A DNA stretch of 64,000 nt from the human T2T-CHM13v2.0 reference genome, Homo sapiens. The notes below the pieces were generated by a model. It did no database searches and was not told the DNA's origin. It saw only the letters and a program-made list of their open reading frames with translations. Made by a program: the position numbers and the translations under genes. The stretch lies in the NCBI RefSeq assembly GCF_009914755.1, contig NC_060933.1, one strand, 5' to 3'. How positions within the stretch are numbered: the stretch's first letter is position 1; each line of letters opens with the position of its first letter. This document shows, piece by piece, positions 1-13,141 of this stretch.

Positions 1-650
1 TAACAGTTCCCGAAGAATTTTTTTTTTCATAACTGGTTTTGTACTTGAAGTGATTTAAATGTTGTACTTTGAAATCATTGTAGCAAGAACATATTTTAGA
101 ATTTCTAAAAGCTGAACAGAATGGAAGGTTATCTATAACATGAGCATAATCACAGTCATAATATCTGTTTAAAATAAAATGCTGAAGAGAATTAAATATT
201 CCCTTCAAGCCAAACTCAAATTTCAACACAAAATAGATTGTAGACTTGCAGCTAATGTTGCTTGCTGGGGCCCATTCTTTAGGAGTTTAGAGCCTTTGAA
301 AAGCTTTTGTTTATTATTTTTTCAGTGCTAAAGAAGAAATTCCCCAGCTTTTAGAAACAGAACTGGTCCTACCTTCTCACACAATGACTTGTGCACTGCC
401 CTGAGCTTGATTTGTAAGTGTTCTACCTGAGTGCACTTCTTGTCTTAACTACACTGAAAACTTTAAGATGACAAATTGTAGGTTGATGGCACTGAATTTA
501 CTGCTATGTAAATGCTATGACTGTTTCATAAAAATATTTGCTGATGTATTATATTGTTATAAGATAGAACTTTAACAAAAATTATAAATGGGGGAATATA
601 TATGAAAATATTAAAAAAATATAACTCTCATTCATAAAGACTTCCCTTTT

Positions 651-1007
651 TCTTTAACTTTTATTTTAAGCTCAGGGGTACAGGTGCGGGTTTGTTATGC
701 AGGTAAACTTGTGTCATGGGGGTTTACTGTACAGATTATTTTGTCACTCAGGTATTAAGCCTAGTACCCATTAGTTATTTTTCCTGATCCTCTGCCTCTT
801 TCCACCCTCCACGCTCTGATAGGCTCCAGTGTGTGTTGTTCCCCTCTATGTGTCCATGTGTTCTCACCATTTAGCTCCTACTTATAAGTAGGAACATGCG
901 GTATTTGATTTTCTGTTCCTGGGTTAGTTTGCTAAGGATAATGGCCTCTAGCTCCAACCATGTTGCTTCAAAGGATATGATCTCATTCTTTTTGATGGCT
1001 GCATAGT
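651..1007 (-). mobile_element. 5'-truncated L1 3' end (L1PA13-like)
   Basis: Antisense L1PA 3'UTR (TTTTATTTTAAGCTCAGGGGTACA...GGCTGCATAGTA). Degenerate TSD AAGA(C/A)TTCC(C/T)TTTT at ~637-650 and ~1008-1020. Confidence 0.85.
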
Positions 1008-1399
1008 AAGAATTCCTTTTCTTAGTTTCACCCTTCATTTTCTTTAATAAGGAAACAGAACTATACCCTGAGGAGGCGTGAACTCAAATGAGTAAATACA
1101 TTCACAATTAGGAATTATTTGGAAAATTCTACTCACAGAAAGTTAGCACTGGAAGGCATCTCTAAAACCACCTAACTCAACCCATGATCCAAATGGAGTA
1201 CATAAATCTTAGAAACGTCCAATGACATGCTCGAGCTGGAAGGAACAACTAGGACTCCTAAATCCCAGCTAATCTCCTACTCAACTGTACTGGCTATCTA
1301 GGAAAAATAAAAGTTTACATTTCCCTTAGAATTATTTGAACAAGAAGTCTCTAAAACACAAGAAGTTAATTTAGGTCTCCTTTGTCTTGGCAGAAAACG

Positions 1400-1975
1400 G
1401 ACAATATATTTCTTAGAAGGGTGATGATGTGACATAAATCCAATTCATTCTGGCTTGAGCATGAAAAGGAGTTTATTGGTTCCTTTAACTGAACTATGCA
1501 TGGTCTGGCTATCGTGACTAGACCTAGAAACTGAAATGCCATTAGGTTCTCTCTTTCCACAACTCTCTTCTTTATGTATTCTTATACACTGGTTTTATTC
1601 TCTCTGACCGGTTGTCTCTGTGAGTCTGCAACCAGAGCTTTAGGTAACTCTAGGTGTCATTCTTACTACCTCATACCTAAAGAAGAAAGAAAATGCTTCC
1701 CTACCAGTTTTACTGAAGAAAATCCTGAGGGGAAATGTGGATGGGTTCCGGCAAGATCAAATAAACATCTCTAGGTCAACCAGTATGGCTGCAAGATTGG
1801 GACTAGGACAATTCCAACTGGGATCACGTGCCAGGAGGCAGGAGAACAGTTAGACTGGCAGGTCACCTTGGAGTCACATTTGAAGTATGAGAGATGCAGG
1901 TCTCCCCGAAAATTGGGGTTGTCACCAGAGAAAGGAGAAAAGATGTGCCAGGCAGGGAAAACAGCAGGTGCCAGA
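1400..1975 (-). mobile_element. Old MaLR LTR (MLT1K/J-like), highly diverged
   Basis: Loose similarity to recalled MLT1 LTR motifs (GGATCACGTGCC, GGATGTGCCAGGCAGGGAAAACAGCAGGTG). Boundaries approximate. Confidence 0.4.
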
Positions 1976-2059
1976 TGAGAAATTAGAGTCACTTAAGACT
2001 TGTTTTGCCCTGAGAGAAAATACTAGCCACTTAGCATTTTTTCTTTTTTTTCTTTTTTT

Positions 2060-2595
2060 TTTTTTTTTTTGGTCTATTCAACATCTGAGCCTCCTTAGGA
2101 GGCTTTTAGGGAATCATGTATCTTATGACCTCTGGTGGCAGACATAATCCATTTTCTACTGACCATATTCTAAAGAAGTTGAAAATGCCAGATACTTGGT
2201 TTCCCAGCCTCCTTTGTAAGTAGGGCACAGGAACATGACCTAGACTCAGCTGATTTCCTGGACTTTGAGTCAGGGGTTATTGATACCAATATTCAGTTCA
2301 TAGGCAATGGTAGCTGCAGTATCTGGTCTGGGGTGGCAACAGCAGCAGTAGTGTAAGTTGGGTATCCGACACTCATGGGCAGCAACAGCAGTGTTCTAAC
2401 AGGACTGGACTTGTAGTTTGAAGCTGAAGGCAATCTTATCTGTTACCAAACTTCATTTGCTCCTGCACATTTTAAAACTTGGTTCTTTATAGTTCTCTTG
2501 GTGATACCATGAACTCCCAATAAATTTACAACAAATTAGTTCTCTGCTTAATCAATCTAGAGTGAGTTAGTGTCTGTGGCTCACAACAAAGATAC
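2060..2595 (+). mobile_element. ERVL solo LTR (LTR33-like)
   Basis: TTTCCCAGCCTCCTTTGTAAGTAGGG...CATGACCTAG motif, CAG-rich middle and LTR33-type 3' end (TCTGCTTAATCAATCTAGAGT). Confidence 0.6.
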
Positions 2596-2966
2596 ATAAA
2601 TTTTACATACTTCTGTATCCTAGCAGAGGAAAGCTCTGGCATCATTCTGTGTTGTTGGAAAACTTAATTAGTACATCTCCTCTTTAAGAAGTTTTGATTA
2701 ACATCTTGTCTTATATTAACTGTAGGTCATTTTTAATACCTGATGCTACATCAACCCACATTAAAGAATTTTAAGAGCACCTTTGTTAGTCTATACCACC
2801 TACCTGTAGATAGGTGTCACCGTTATTAAACAATACAGGGTTCAATATTTGTCTAGGATTTCATTATCAGGATGACCTCGAGGTCACCATAACCTTTTCT
2901 GTTTTGTCCTTCAGTTCTGCTAAGGGAAAGACGCCAATAAATAGTTCACTTTCAACTAAACCATCA

Positions 2967-3413
<447 letters not shown>

Positions 3414-6050
3414 CTAAAACTTCAGTGATAGACTTTTAATGCCAAGTCAGCATTCAATTTAAATAAGAGCTAATGTTACTCTTAGGAAGTCTGATGTATT
3501 AGTGTTATAACTGTGTACCTTAAACTGCCACAAAGACAATTAAGTTGGAAAAAGTTATTTTTATATGACAACATGAACTTCCATTCTGTTTTTACAGATT
3601 CAGATGGAAAATAAAATTTAGACTTGCATTGCTAAGGAATGGCAGAAAAGTGTTAAGGCTAAATATCATCTGAAAACACTCAACATGTCACCAAAGGTTT
3701 TATGAATTTATCTTCTCTGAGCTTTGTTTGTTTCAAAAAAGAACACATATACACATATTTGCTATGGATAGATGTGATTGACCACTGTGAGTGGCCCATG
3801 TTAATCTGCTACAAATATTTAAACATGCTGCTTGGGCAGGTCCTACTGAGGACACTTTTGCAGCAAACTCAGTAATATGAGATTCCTCACTGCCTCCTAG
3901 CAATACATGAACCATAGATGTGTTGGTTGCTTGCTCATTTTGTGAACACTAACTAGTTTAGGCATTTCTGTTTCTTCCATGGCAGGGGCAAGTGTAAAAA
4001 GAGTGGCTGTCTAACTAAATAACAATGACACTGTTAAATAAAAGCTGCACTTTAGAGAAAGCACATCCTAACTTGGAATTTATCAGGACCTATCAAGTCA
4101 ATACAAACTGACTATGCTGGGAACTTGAGTCATTTTCTGCTTAAGGAGAATATGCAGTAATTACCCTTTAAACATTTTCTCCCAACTTCTTCCCTTTTAC
4201 CTTTTTTCCATTTATTTTTCTGGAAATTAATTACCATTTAGAAGGAATGACAGGTATTTTTGAGCCTTGAGAGAACCAATGAAATAGTTACCTTGAATAT
4301 ACTGTCATAATGGTGTGTCTAGAAGCACAACCCAAGACAGCACTAGTCAGGCCATTTGCTGAGAAGCACTTAGGACAATAATTTTGCTTATAAAACAGAA
4401 TCAAGATAATCAACAGAAACAAGAAACAAATGAATCAAATTAAGGTTCTTGATGACAGAAACTCAGCTAAACCATTCAAAAATATGATGTTAAAGAAACA
4501 TGATTGTCATTTCCAACCAACTAACTAGACGTGTTCTGTTATGGTTCAAATTAGGAGCATGAAATACACTTTACAACCTAGGGGATTTTAGAGCACTTAG
4601 ATGAATTACAAGTGACATATGGGAGCTCATTAAAGGAAGGTGACGTTATGAATGCCCAGAGAGCTTGCTGGAAATCAGAGCTTTTTTCAAAAAGGCTTCA
4701 AGGGTCAGTCATGTTGATTAGAGGATGCTCTTCATTCTTATGGATGAACCATTTCTCTTTAGCACTTCTCAGTTATCACAGTGCTTGAGTGTTGGCCATT
4801 ACTGAAAGTTTCTAAGTCGTGAGCATGTGGGAGGGTGGGGGTAAGGTGGGTGAAGGGTCGGGGGTTGTGGTTTGATTTTGACAGGCAAACAATAAAAGCT
4901 ATTGAAGAGTAAGACCTCAGTGCAGCCTGTTTCTGCTATTTCACCCAAACTTCAAGGTAACAGTTGAAGTTGCAGGAGCAAGAACAGCCCATGGTTGCTT
5001 CTATGTTATGAAGGCTGTGTCTGTAAGCTGAGCTTTGAATGACACATTATTTCCTCTGTGCACCCCAATCTATTTTCTGCCTGACTAAGCTTATAAAACT
5101 CTGCATAAATTCTCCTCTCAGACTGTTCCATAATCCTGTGAACACATTGTCTTCCTGTTCATTCCTTCAGCCAGCAAGCACCAGCTGTTGGGTCCTGGAA
5201 ACATTTTATGTTAAGGAGGAAAAAAAAGTAGATGATCAGAAAGCTGTAAAAACTGCAAAATGCTTGAGATATGCAGACTTTTTAGGGTTGTGAATATTTG
5301 ACCTGCATAAAAGAAATGATTAGGCTTCCATCAATCATTCCTCTGCTGAACACTCTGCTGAGATCGGTTTATCCAGATGCTTCTCAGCTGCCTCGGTTCT
5401 GCACAGTTTGTAAACTAATCCAGTTTTGTTTGTTATGTGCTAGAGAAAGGATAAACTCCAAGCTGAAAAATATGGACAAAGATATAATTATCTTAACATA
5501 ACACTCATGCTTTATTTTTATGTAAAATGTCAGAAACTTTATTATCTATATCTTTCAGCTTCCAAAAGAAGGTGGAAGTCACTTGATAATGTCTTTCTAA
5601 TTGCTTGAATGCACACTTCATGCCTCAACTCCACAGGAAAGCTAGTTGTTATAATTAGAAGTTTTATAAAGACATAGTTTATACAAATTACAGATAATTA
5701 CTTAACTAAAACTCCAGTCTCTTGCCATCTTAGAAGATATCCAGCAACATGTGATTTAAACAATAGGTTAAAGTGGAAGATGTGGTGATTATATTGGGAA
5801 GGATGCTCAATTGTTTTTATAAAATTTTCTTTAAAAATTGGTAGCTGTTATCGTGAACTGAATAAGTTCTGTTTCCATTTGGAGACTTAATTCAGGATAT
5901 ATCTGGAAAGACAAAGCATATCTACACTCCAAATAGTTTAAAAAGAAGAGCATTTATGCACATTTTGTTACTAACGTCTTCCTATTCCTTTTATTGATAA
6001 TTTTTAGGGAGGAATGAAAACCAGTCAAATAGGTGATATTACTCTATGAT

Positions 6051-6214
6051 AGGGGTCATATAACTTTTTTATTAAAGGAATAGATAGTAAATATTTTAGG
6101 CTTTGCAAGACATGAAATCTCTTCTGTAATCATGCAGGCAATTTTGTTATTGTATTTGGGAAAGCAACCATAGGCAATACATAAAGCATGAGCGTTGATA
6201 TGTATCAGTATATC
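6051..6214 (+). mobile_element. MER58A (hAT-Charlie), 5' part, interrupted by L1
   Basis: AGATAGTAAATATTTTAGGCTTTGC is a MER58 hallmark. The remainder resumes at ~8449. Confidence 0.7.
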
Positions 6215-6223
6215 TGTTTACAA

Positions 6224-8433
6224 CATACCCTTAGCTAGTATCATACTGAATGGGAAAAACTGAAAGCCTTTCTTCTAAGATCTGTAACACGACAAGGATG
6301 CTCAATTTTACCACTGTTACTCAACATAGCACTGGAAGTCTTAGCTAGAGCAATCAGACAAGAGAAAGAAATAAAAGGCATCCAAATTGGAATGGAAAAA
6401 GTCAAATAATCCTTGCTTGCAGATGGTATGATCTTATATTTGGAAAAACCTACAGATTCCACAAAAAGCTATTAAAACTGATAAATTCAGTAAAGTTGCA
6501 GAATATAAAATTAACATTAAAAATCGGTAGCATTTCTTTATGCCAACAGTGTACAATCTGAAAAAGAAATAAAAAAATACTGTTTATAATAGCCACAAAT
6601 AAAATTAAATACCTAGGAATTAACCAAACAAGTGAAAAATCTCTATAATGAAAACTATAAAACACTGATGAAAGAAATTGAAGAAGACACCAAACAATGA
6701 AAAAATATTCCATGTTTATGGATTGGAAGAATCAATACTCTTAAAATGCGCATACTACCCAAAGCAATCTATAGATTCAATGCAATCTCTATCAAAATAC
6801 CAATGACATTTTTTATATAAATAGAAAAATAATCCTAAAATTTCTTTGGAACCACAAAGGAACCAGAATAGTCAAAGCTATCCTAAGCAAAAAGAATAAA
6901 ACTGACAGAATCATATTACCTGATTTCAGACTATACTACAGAGCTATAGTAACCATCATAGTACTGGCATAAAAACAGACACATAGACCAATGCAACAGA
7001 ATAGAGAATCCAGAAACAAATCTGAAAACCTACAGTGAACTCATTTTTGACAAAGATGCCAAGAACATATACTGGGGAAAAGACAGTCTCTTCAATAAAT
7101 GGTGCTGGGAAAACTGGATATCCATATGCAGAAGAATTAATCTAGACCCATATCTCTAATCATATATGAAAATCATGACTTAAATCTAAGACCTCACACT
7201 ATAAAACTACTAAAAGAAAACATTGGAGAAGCTCTGCAGGACATTGGTCTGGGCAAAAATTTTTTGAGGAATACCCACAAACCAAGCAACCAAAGCAGAA
7301 ATGGACAAATTGGATCACCTCAGGTTAAAAACCATTCTCAAAGCAAAGGAAACAATCAAAAAAGTGAAAAGAAACCTCACAGAATGGGAGAAAATATTTG
7401 CCCAATCAAAAATGGGCAAAATATTTGAATAGACATTTCTCAAAAAATGCATACACATGGCAAACAGGCATAAGAAAAGGTGCTTGACATCACTGATCAT
7501 CAGAGAAATGCAAATTAAAACTACAATGCGATATCTTCTCAGCCCTAGTTAGAAGGGCCGATATCCAAAAGACAGGCAATAACAAATACTGGTGAGGATG
7601 TGAATAAAATGGAACCCGTGTACACTTTTGGTGGAACTGTAAATTAGTACAATCATTACAGAGAGCAGTTTGGAGGTTCCTCAAAAAACTAAAAATAGAG
7701 CTAACACATGATCCAGCAATCCTGCTGCTGGGGTATATACCCAAAAGAAAGGAAATCAGTGTATTGAAGAGATATCTGCACTCCTATTTTTATTGTAGCA
7801 CCATTTACAACAGCTAAGATTTAAAAGCAACCTAAGTGTCCATCACCAGACGGATGGATAAATAAAATGTAAGACATACACACAATGGAGTACTATTCAG
7901 CCATAAAAACAAATGAGATCTTGTGATTTGTGAAAACGTGGATGGAACTGGAGATTATTATGATACATGAAATAAGCCAGACACAGAAAGACTAACATCG
8001 TATGTTCTCACTTATTTGTGGGACCTAAACATCAAAACAGTTGAAATCATGAACATAGAGAGTAGAAGAATGGTTACCGGGGGCTAGGAAAGGTAGTGGG
8101 CAGTGGCAGTGGGGCAGGTGGGGAGGTAGGGATGGTCTATTTTAAACAGAGTAGAAAGAATGAATAAGACCTGCTATTTGATAGCACAACAGGGTGACTA
8201 TAATCAATAATAACTGTAAATTTAAAAATAACTTAAGGAGTGTAATAGAATTGTTTGTAACACAAAGGATAAATGCTTGAGGGTATAGATACCCCATTTT
8301 CCATGATGTGATTATTACACATTGCATGTCTGTATCAAAACATCTCATGTACCCCATAAATATATGCATCTACTATGTACCCAGAAAATTAAAAGTTAAC
8401 AAAATTTTAAAGTCACCTATACAAAAATAAAAA
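6224..8433 (+). mobile_element. 5'-truncated L1MA (L1MA2/3-like): 3' half of ORF2 plus 3'UTR
   Basis: Decayed RT region (..TTGCAGATGGTATGATCTTATATTTGG), ORF2 C-terminus and L1MA 3'UTR (ATAGCACAACAGGGTGACTATA). Multiple stops and frameshifts. TSD core TGTTTACAA at 6215-6223 and 8440-8448. Confidence 0.93.
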
Positions 8434-8448
8434 TAAATATGTTTACAA

Positions 8449-8487
8449 AAATACATGGCCCACAGGCCAGCACTTGCCATCCCTTGC
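8449..8487 (+). mobile_element. MER58A 3' terminal part
   Basis: TGGCCCACAGGCC...TTGCCATCCCTTG matches the MER58 3' end/TIR. Confidence 0.6.
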
Positions 8488-9439
8488 TATATACCAAGCA
8501 TCTAATGATCTGGAAAGCAACACTAGTCATTATCACTGTCTTCAAGACATTTTAAGTTTTTTGCTTCCTTGTAAAACCTAAGGTCTAGCAGACCTTCTCA
8601 AGGAACATTCTACTGAAGAGTTAAGCCTTAAGGCATTCAGTGGAAGGAATAGGGAATTTTCATCCTGTGCCTCTAGAATGGAAGAACTGAGAAAAATGTT
8701 ATCAAGTCATTTCTGTAAGGCTTAATTTTCTCATGGAACCCTAGTTGGAAAATCCAAGAATAGGTGCTTTATAAAAACTGAATTGCAAAAAGTGCAGTTT
8801 TGGTGTAGTTTGTAGTGGCTCAAGTTAACCAACCTCTTTATTTGAAGACAGGACAAAATAAATATAAATATTTGTCTTTCACTTCTGGTTCACAGATTTG
8901 CCATTTCGCTAGATTTAACAGAGATAGTAAATGTAGAAAACATGACTATAGAGTTGAGCTTATGGGATGTGGAGGTTGCTAAGGGGAATAGCATATTTTC
9001 AAAAAGTCATTTTTTTTTAGCAAAACGTTCCGATGTTTATTTGTAGGTAGTTATGACTATGAGGAGTGGGCATTTGAATAGCAGTGTAGAGGTTGTGGGG
9101 TTTTAGGTCTATACCTCAGGAACTTACATGCAGGCCCTATACCACAGTAGTAGGAGAACATCTAATAATACTGAGTGGCTGCATTCATATTTCAGAGCAC
9201 TCTGTAATGATTTGAGTCCTGCCCTGGATGAATTTAAAACAACCATCTTATTGTTAGAAATCATGACTACCAATCATTAACATTACCTCCATTTCAATAA
9301 AATGAAAAAGACCCCAACTTTGAGATTAGAAACAAGTTTGTAAAGCCACAGTGACATTAATGGTTCCTGAGTCACTTCCCATTTTGATCTATGAGGTAGC
9401 AAGGTGTGGTGTGAGTCTTTGCAATGGGAAGGTAGTCAC

Positions 9440-9625
9440 ACTGAACTGGGAGCAGAAGACATGGTTTCCTGCCCTAGCTCCATTACTTATCATCTATGTG
9501 TGCTTGTGCAATTTATTGCCCATGCAATTTATTGCCGCACGAAACCTCTGTTTTCTTATCTCCAAAGGCTATAAAAATATTGTCCTGCCACAGGACAGAG
9601 GCATAAATGACAAAATACATTAGAA
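9440..9625 (+). mobile_element. MIR fragment
   Basis: Degenerate MIR core (CCTAGCTCCATTACTTA...CCTCTGTTTTCTTATCT). Confidence 0.55.
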
Positions 9626-9630
9626 TACTT

Positions 9631-9867
9631 TTTCCCTTTAACATTATTTTATTGAATTAAAGCATTGTTCAATGTACTGATAAAACTAGTCGATAAAACT
9701 AGTCATGACACTGAAAAGTATGCAATGCAATGAAGGAAGATGAAGGCAGTAAAGTTCAGAAATGTTACACCATAAGGCATGGAGAAAACGATAGGGCATG
9801 GATTTGAACCATGGACGTTTCCCTTTCCCCATTATATTACATGGTCTCTCAACAATCAAAGACAATG
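9631..9867 (+). repeat. Dispersed direct repeat, copy 1 of 2 (~235 bp)
   Basis: Six exact 12-15 bp colinear anchors shared with 11890-12117. Confidence 0.9.
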
Positions 9868-9917
9868 TGTTCCCTGTCCCTACATGCCAAGTATAAAAAC
9901 CTCACCCTTTTAAAATG

Positions 9918-10407
9918 CAGTAGTCTCCACTTATCTGAGGTTTCACTTACTGTGGCTTGTGTTAGCTGAAGTCACCTGCAGTTTGAACATATTAAATGAA
10001 AAAATCTAGCAATAAAAATTGTATACATTTTAAATTGCATCACTCTGAGTAGAGTGATGAAATCTCAGACAGTCTTGCTCCTTCCTACCTGTGACATGAT
10101 GCATCCATGCTATACATGCTACCTACCTCTTAGTCAGTAGCTGTCTAGGTTATTACGTTCACTGTTGCACTATTATAACGCTTGTGTTCAAGCACTCATT
10201 TTATCTTTATTAAAGTTCGTTGTTATAATTGTTCTATTTTATTATCATTTATTATTGTTAATCTCTTACTGTGCCTAATATATAAGGTAAGCTTAATCCT
10301 AGGTATATATGTATAGGAAAAAACACAATAGATATAGGGTTTGGTACTATCCACAGTGTCAGGCATCCACTGGGGTCTTGGAAAGTATCCCCCATGAATA
10401 ACTACTG
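9918..10407. mobile_element. MER44B-like (TcMar-Tigger7 derivative) DNA transposon
   Basis: TIR-like ends CAGTAGT... and ...ACTACTG followed by TA. Internal GGCATCCACTGGGGTCTTGGAA motif. Confidence 0.85.
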
Positions 10408-11407
10408 TACTAAAACAAAAATTAGATCAATTACGTATAGTTAATTTGTGAGCATTACTTTTTAATTTTTTCCAACAAAGATAATGTAGCCTTCTGCTTC
10501 CTAAGTAGGGAATTTTTCTAGGCTATTATATAGTCTTCCAGCTATCAGTCATTCTCTGTACATATTCTATATTTAACAATATAAGTGAGCAATAAATAAA
10601 ATTATAGATTTTAAAAAATCATGTACACCACAAATATTTACAATTACATCTGTCAATTAAAAAATCTAAAAAAATTATAAAATATTATGAATATGCAGCT
10701 TACCAGTTTTGTTTGTTTTTAAACCTGAAGGTGGTTATTTAAAGTAGGCCCATTTTATTAAATGTGATACTTTCAAATTGGCCAACATGCATTGCCTGAA
10801 ATGTTTCATTATGCAGTACAACCTATTTATTCAGGTGAAAGTATACAGAATATTGCATATCTCTACATGCATTGATCTAAATGCAAATGTAGTTAAATGT
10901 GAAATCCAACCTTGGTGTCATTTAGTGTTACATTCAGCTATGAAAATTTAGGAGCATTCTTTCTTCATTTTTTAACATAGAAATCCAGAAATCAACAGCA
11001 ATTTCAGGAAAAACTTGCAAAAATGAGGTAGAACATTTTAAATTCATATGCCTAAGCCATTTAGAAAGCATTTTTGCAGGTATAAAATAAGTTAATGTTA
11101 GGTTGTGACATGGTCATTAAAAAAGAAGGTTTGATAGCTTCTGTAGACCATGTTCACACAGAATTTAAAGGTAAGAGAAAGGCAAAGGCTTTAGGTTTTT
11201 ATTTCACCCAGTTGTAGGACTGACTAAGGTGCTTATACCAAATTCATTTAAATCAAATTGTTCAGGGAAAATTTCTAATCCTGCCTGGTCAAAATTCTAT
11301 ATTCCTAGTCTCATTGCTCTATTGCTACAAAACAACATCATAATGAATCTAAAATAAATGCAGCAAATTTGAAATCTGGGCATGGGATTTAAGGCAACTG
11401 TTTTACT

Positions 11408-11777
11408 TATCTTCATCCATCTGGATTGCTATAACAAAAATACCATAGACTGGATGGCTTAAACAACAAACATTTATTTCTCATAGTTCTGGAGGCTGGG
11501 ATGTTTAAGATCAAGGAGCCACACAGACTCAGTGTGGTGTGGTGTTGTTACAGCCGCCTTCCTGGTTCACAGATGGCACCTTCTCGCTGTGCTCCCACAT
11601 GGCAGAAGGGGCAAGGGAGCTCACTAGGGTCTATTTTATTAGGATACAATCCATTCATGAGGGTTCTGCCCTTATTATCTAATCACTTCCCAAAGGCCCC
11701 CACCTCCTAATATCAACATCTTGGGTGTTGGAATTTCAATATACGAATTTGGGGAACATAAAGATTTATTCATAACA
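11408..11777 (-). mobile_element. MLT1A-type MaLR solo LTR
   Basis: GCTATAACAAAAATACCATAGACTGG...CATTTATTTCTCATAGTTCTGGAGGCTGGGA...CCCAAAGGCCCCCACCTCCTAATA. Confidence 0.88.
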
Positions 11778-11889
11778 TCATTGTATGAATAAGAATATTG
11801 GAATCCAGTAAGGCTAAATGACTTATCTGTGACCCTAATAGTAGATTGAATACAAGATCAGAACCCATTCCTTTGTGTCCCATACATCC

Positions 11890-12117
11890 TTCCTTTAACA
11901 TTAGTTCCTTGAGGTAAAGTGTTGTTCAATGTATGAGTAAAACTATAGGGTCATAACACTGAAAGGTATGTTAGTGCAATGAAGGAAAATGAAGAAGGCA
12001 GTGAAGTTCAGAAATGGTAAGTCATACAGTTAAGAGAAAATTATAAGGCCTGGGCTTGAACCATGGACTTTCCCTCTCCCATTCTGTTACATAGCGTCTC
12101 AACAATCAAAGGCAATT
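11890..12117 (+). repeat. Dispersed direct repeat, copy 2 of 2
   Basis: Colinear with 9631-9867. Confidence 0.9.
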
Positions 12118-12576
12118 GTTGATGTTCCAATTCACTGGATTATACTGTCCACATAAGTACAAAGCTGTAAAGAAGTCACTGATTCCCAATGGATAACTTT
12201 ACAGTTTGTAAGCTGCATTAGGAATTTTATGTCACTTGAGGCACTTGTTTTTTTCATGGCAATACAAAATAAAATCTTCTAGGCAGAATAAAGTAGCATT
12301 GAAAGTGAATGGGGGCATCCTAGCCAACTGAATGTGCCTGTCATCTTTCCACTAACTATCTACAGCAAATAATTTTACGTACTGAAACATTCTGGCTAAC
12401 TTACTCATGTGATGAGCTAAATGTCCTCTGAAGTAGTTTTAGATGGTGAATGACAATTTCCAATTGGAAAAATATAGTATCAGAATTTTTTCCTATAGAA
12501 CAATAAGCTTTATATCTTAGATATAGGGGTATAACCTAAGCATATTCATTTTTGCTTCCTGAAAAATAGTAACATG

Positions 12577-12638
12577 TATTAGGTTGAATGTTTGCAAAAT
12601 GTTTGAATATCAGCAGTTTCATAATGTTTAACATAATA
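12577..12638. mobile_element. MADE2 (mariner-derived MITE), internally deleted
   Basis: TATTAGGTTGAA...TTTAACATAATA inverted termini. Internal TTGAATATCAGCAGTTTCATA matches recalled MADE2. Confidence 0.7.
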
Positions 12639-12819
12639 GTATAACATAGTGGTTTACATTATGGGATCTGTTCACAGAGGGCTCAGAGTCCAAGTTTAGT
12701 TCTACCACTTAGGAATATCACATGATATTAATAGGGCTATTAAGAAATAATCATTAAAAATTTTGAATCCTTTTGTTAGTCATATGAGTGCTGAAAAATG
12801 CTAGTTGTTATGATGGCCA

Positions 12820-12845
12820 ATGATGATGATGATGATGATGATGAT
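12820..12845 (+). repeat. (ATG)n microsatellite, about 8 units
   Basis: Read directly. Confidence 0.95.
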
Positions 12846-12978
12846 ATTATTGATGATGTCTGCTCTATACAAATAACCCATCACGGTTGAGTCAATGGGT
12901 TTGAAGAGCTGATGTATTTTGAATTTCCTGAATACAATGACTGTAGAAAAAAGAAGATACTTATACAAAATTAGCTTA

Positions 12979-13141
12979 GGAAGGATCCTACCATAGAGCC
13001 TTCAGAGAGCACAGCCTGGTGGACACCTTGATTTTTGACTTCTTGACTCCAGAACTGTGAGATATTAAATTATTAAATTTCTGTTGCTTTAAGTGACCAA
13101 GTCTGTGGTACTTTTTACAATAGCTCTAGGAAATTAGTATA
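12979..13141 (+). mobile_element. MLT1B/C LTR 3' fragment
   Basis: AGAGCCTTCAGAGAG...GACACCTTGATTTTTGACTTC...CCAGAACTGTGAGA...AAATTTCTGTTG. Confidence 0.75.
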
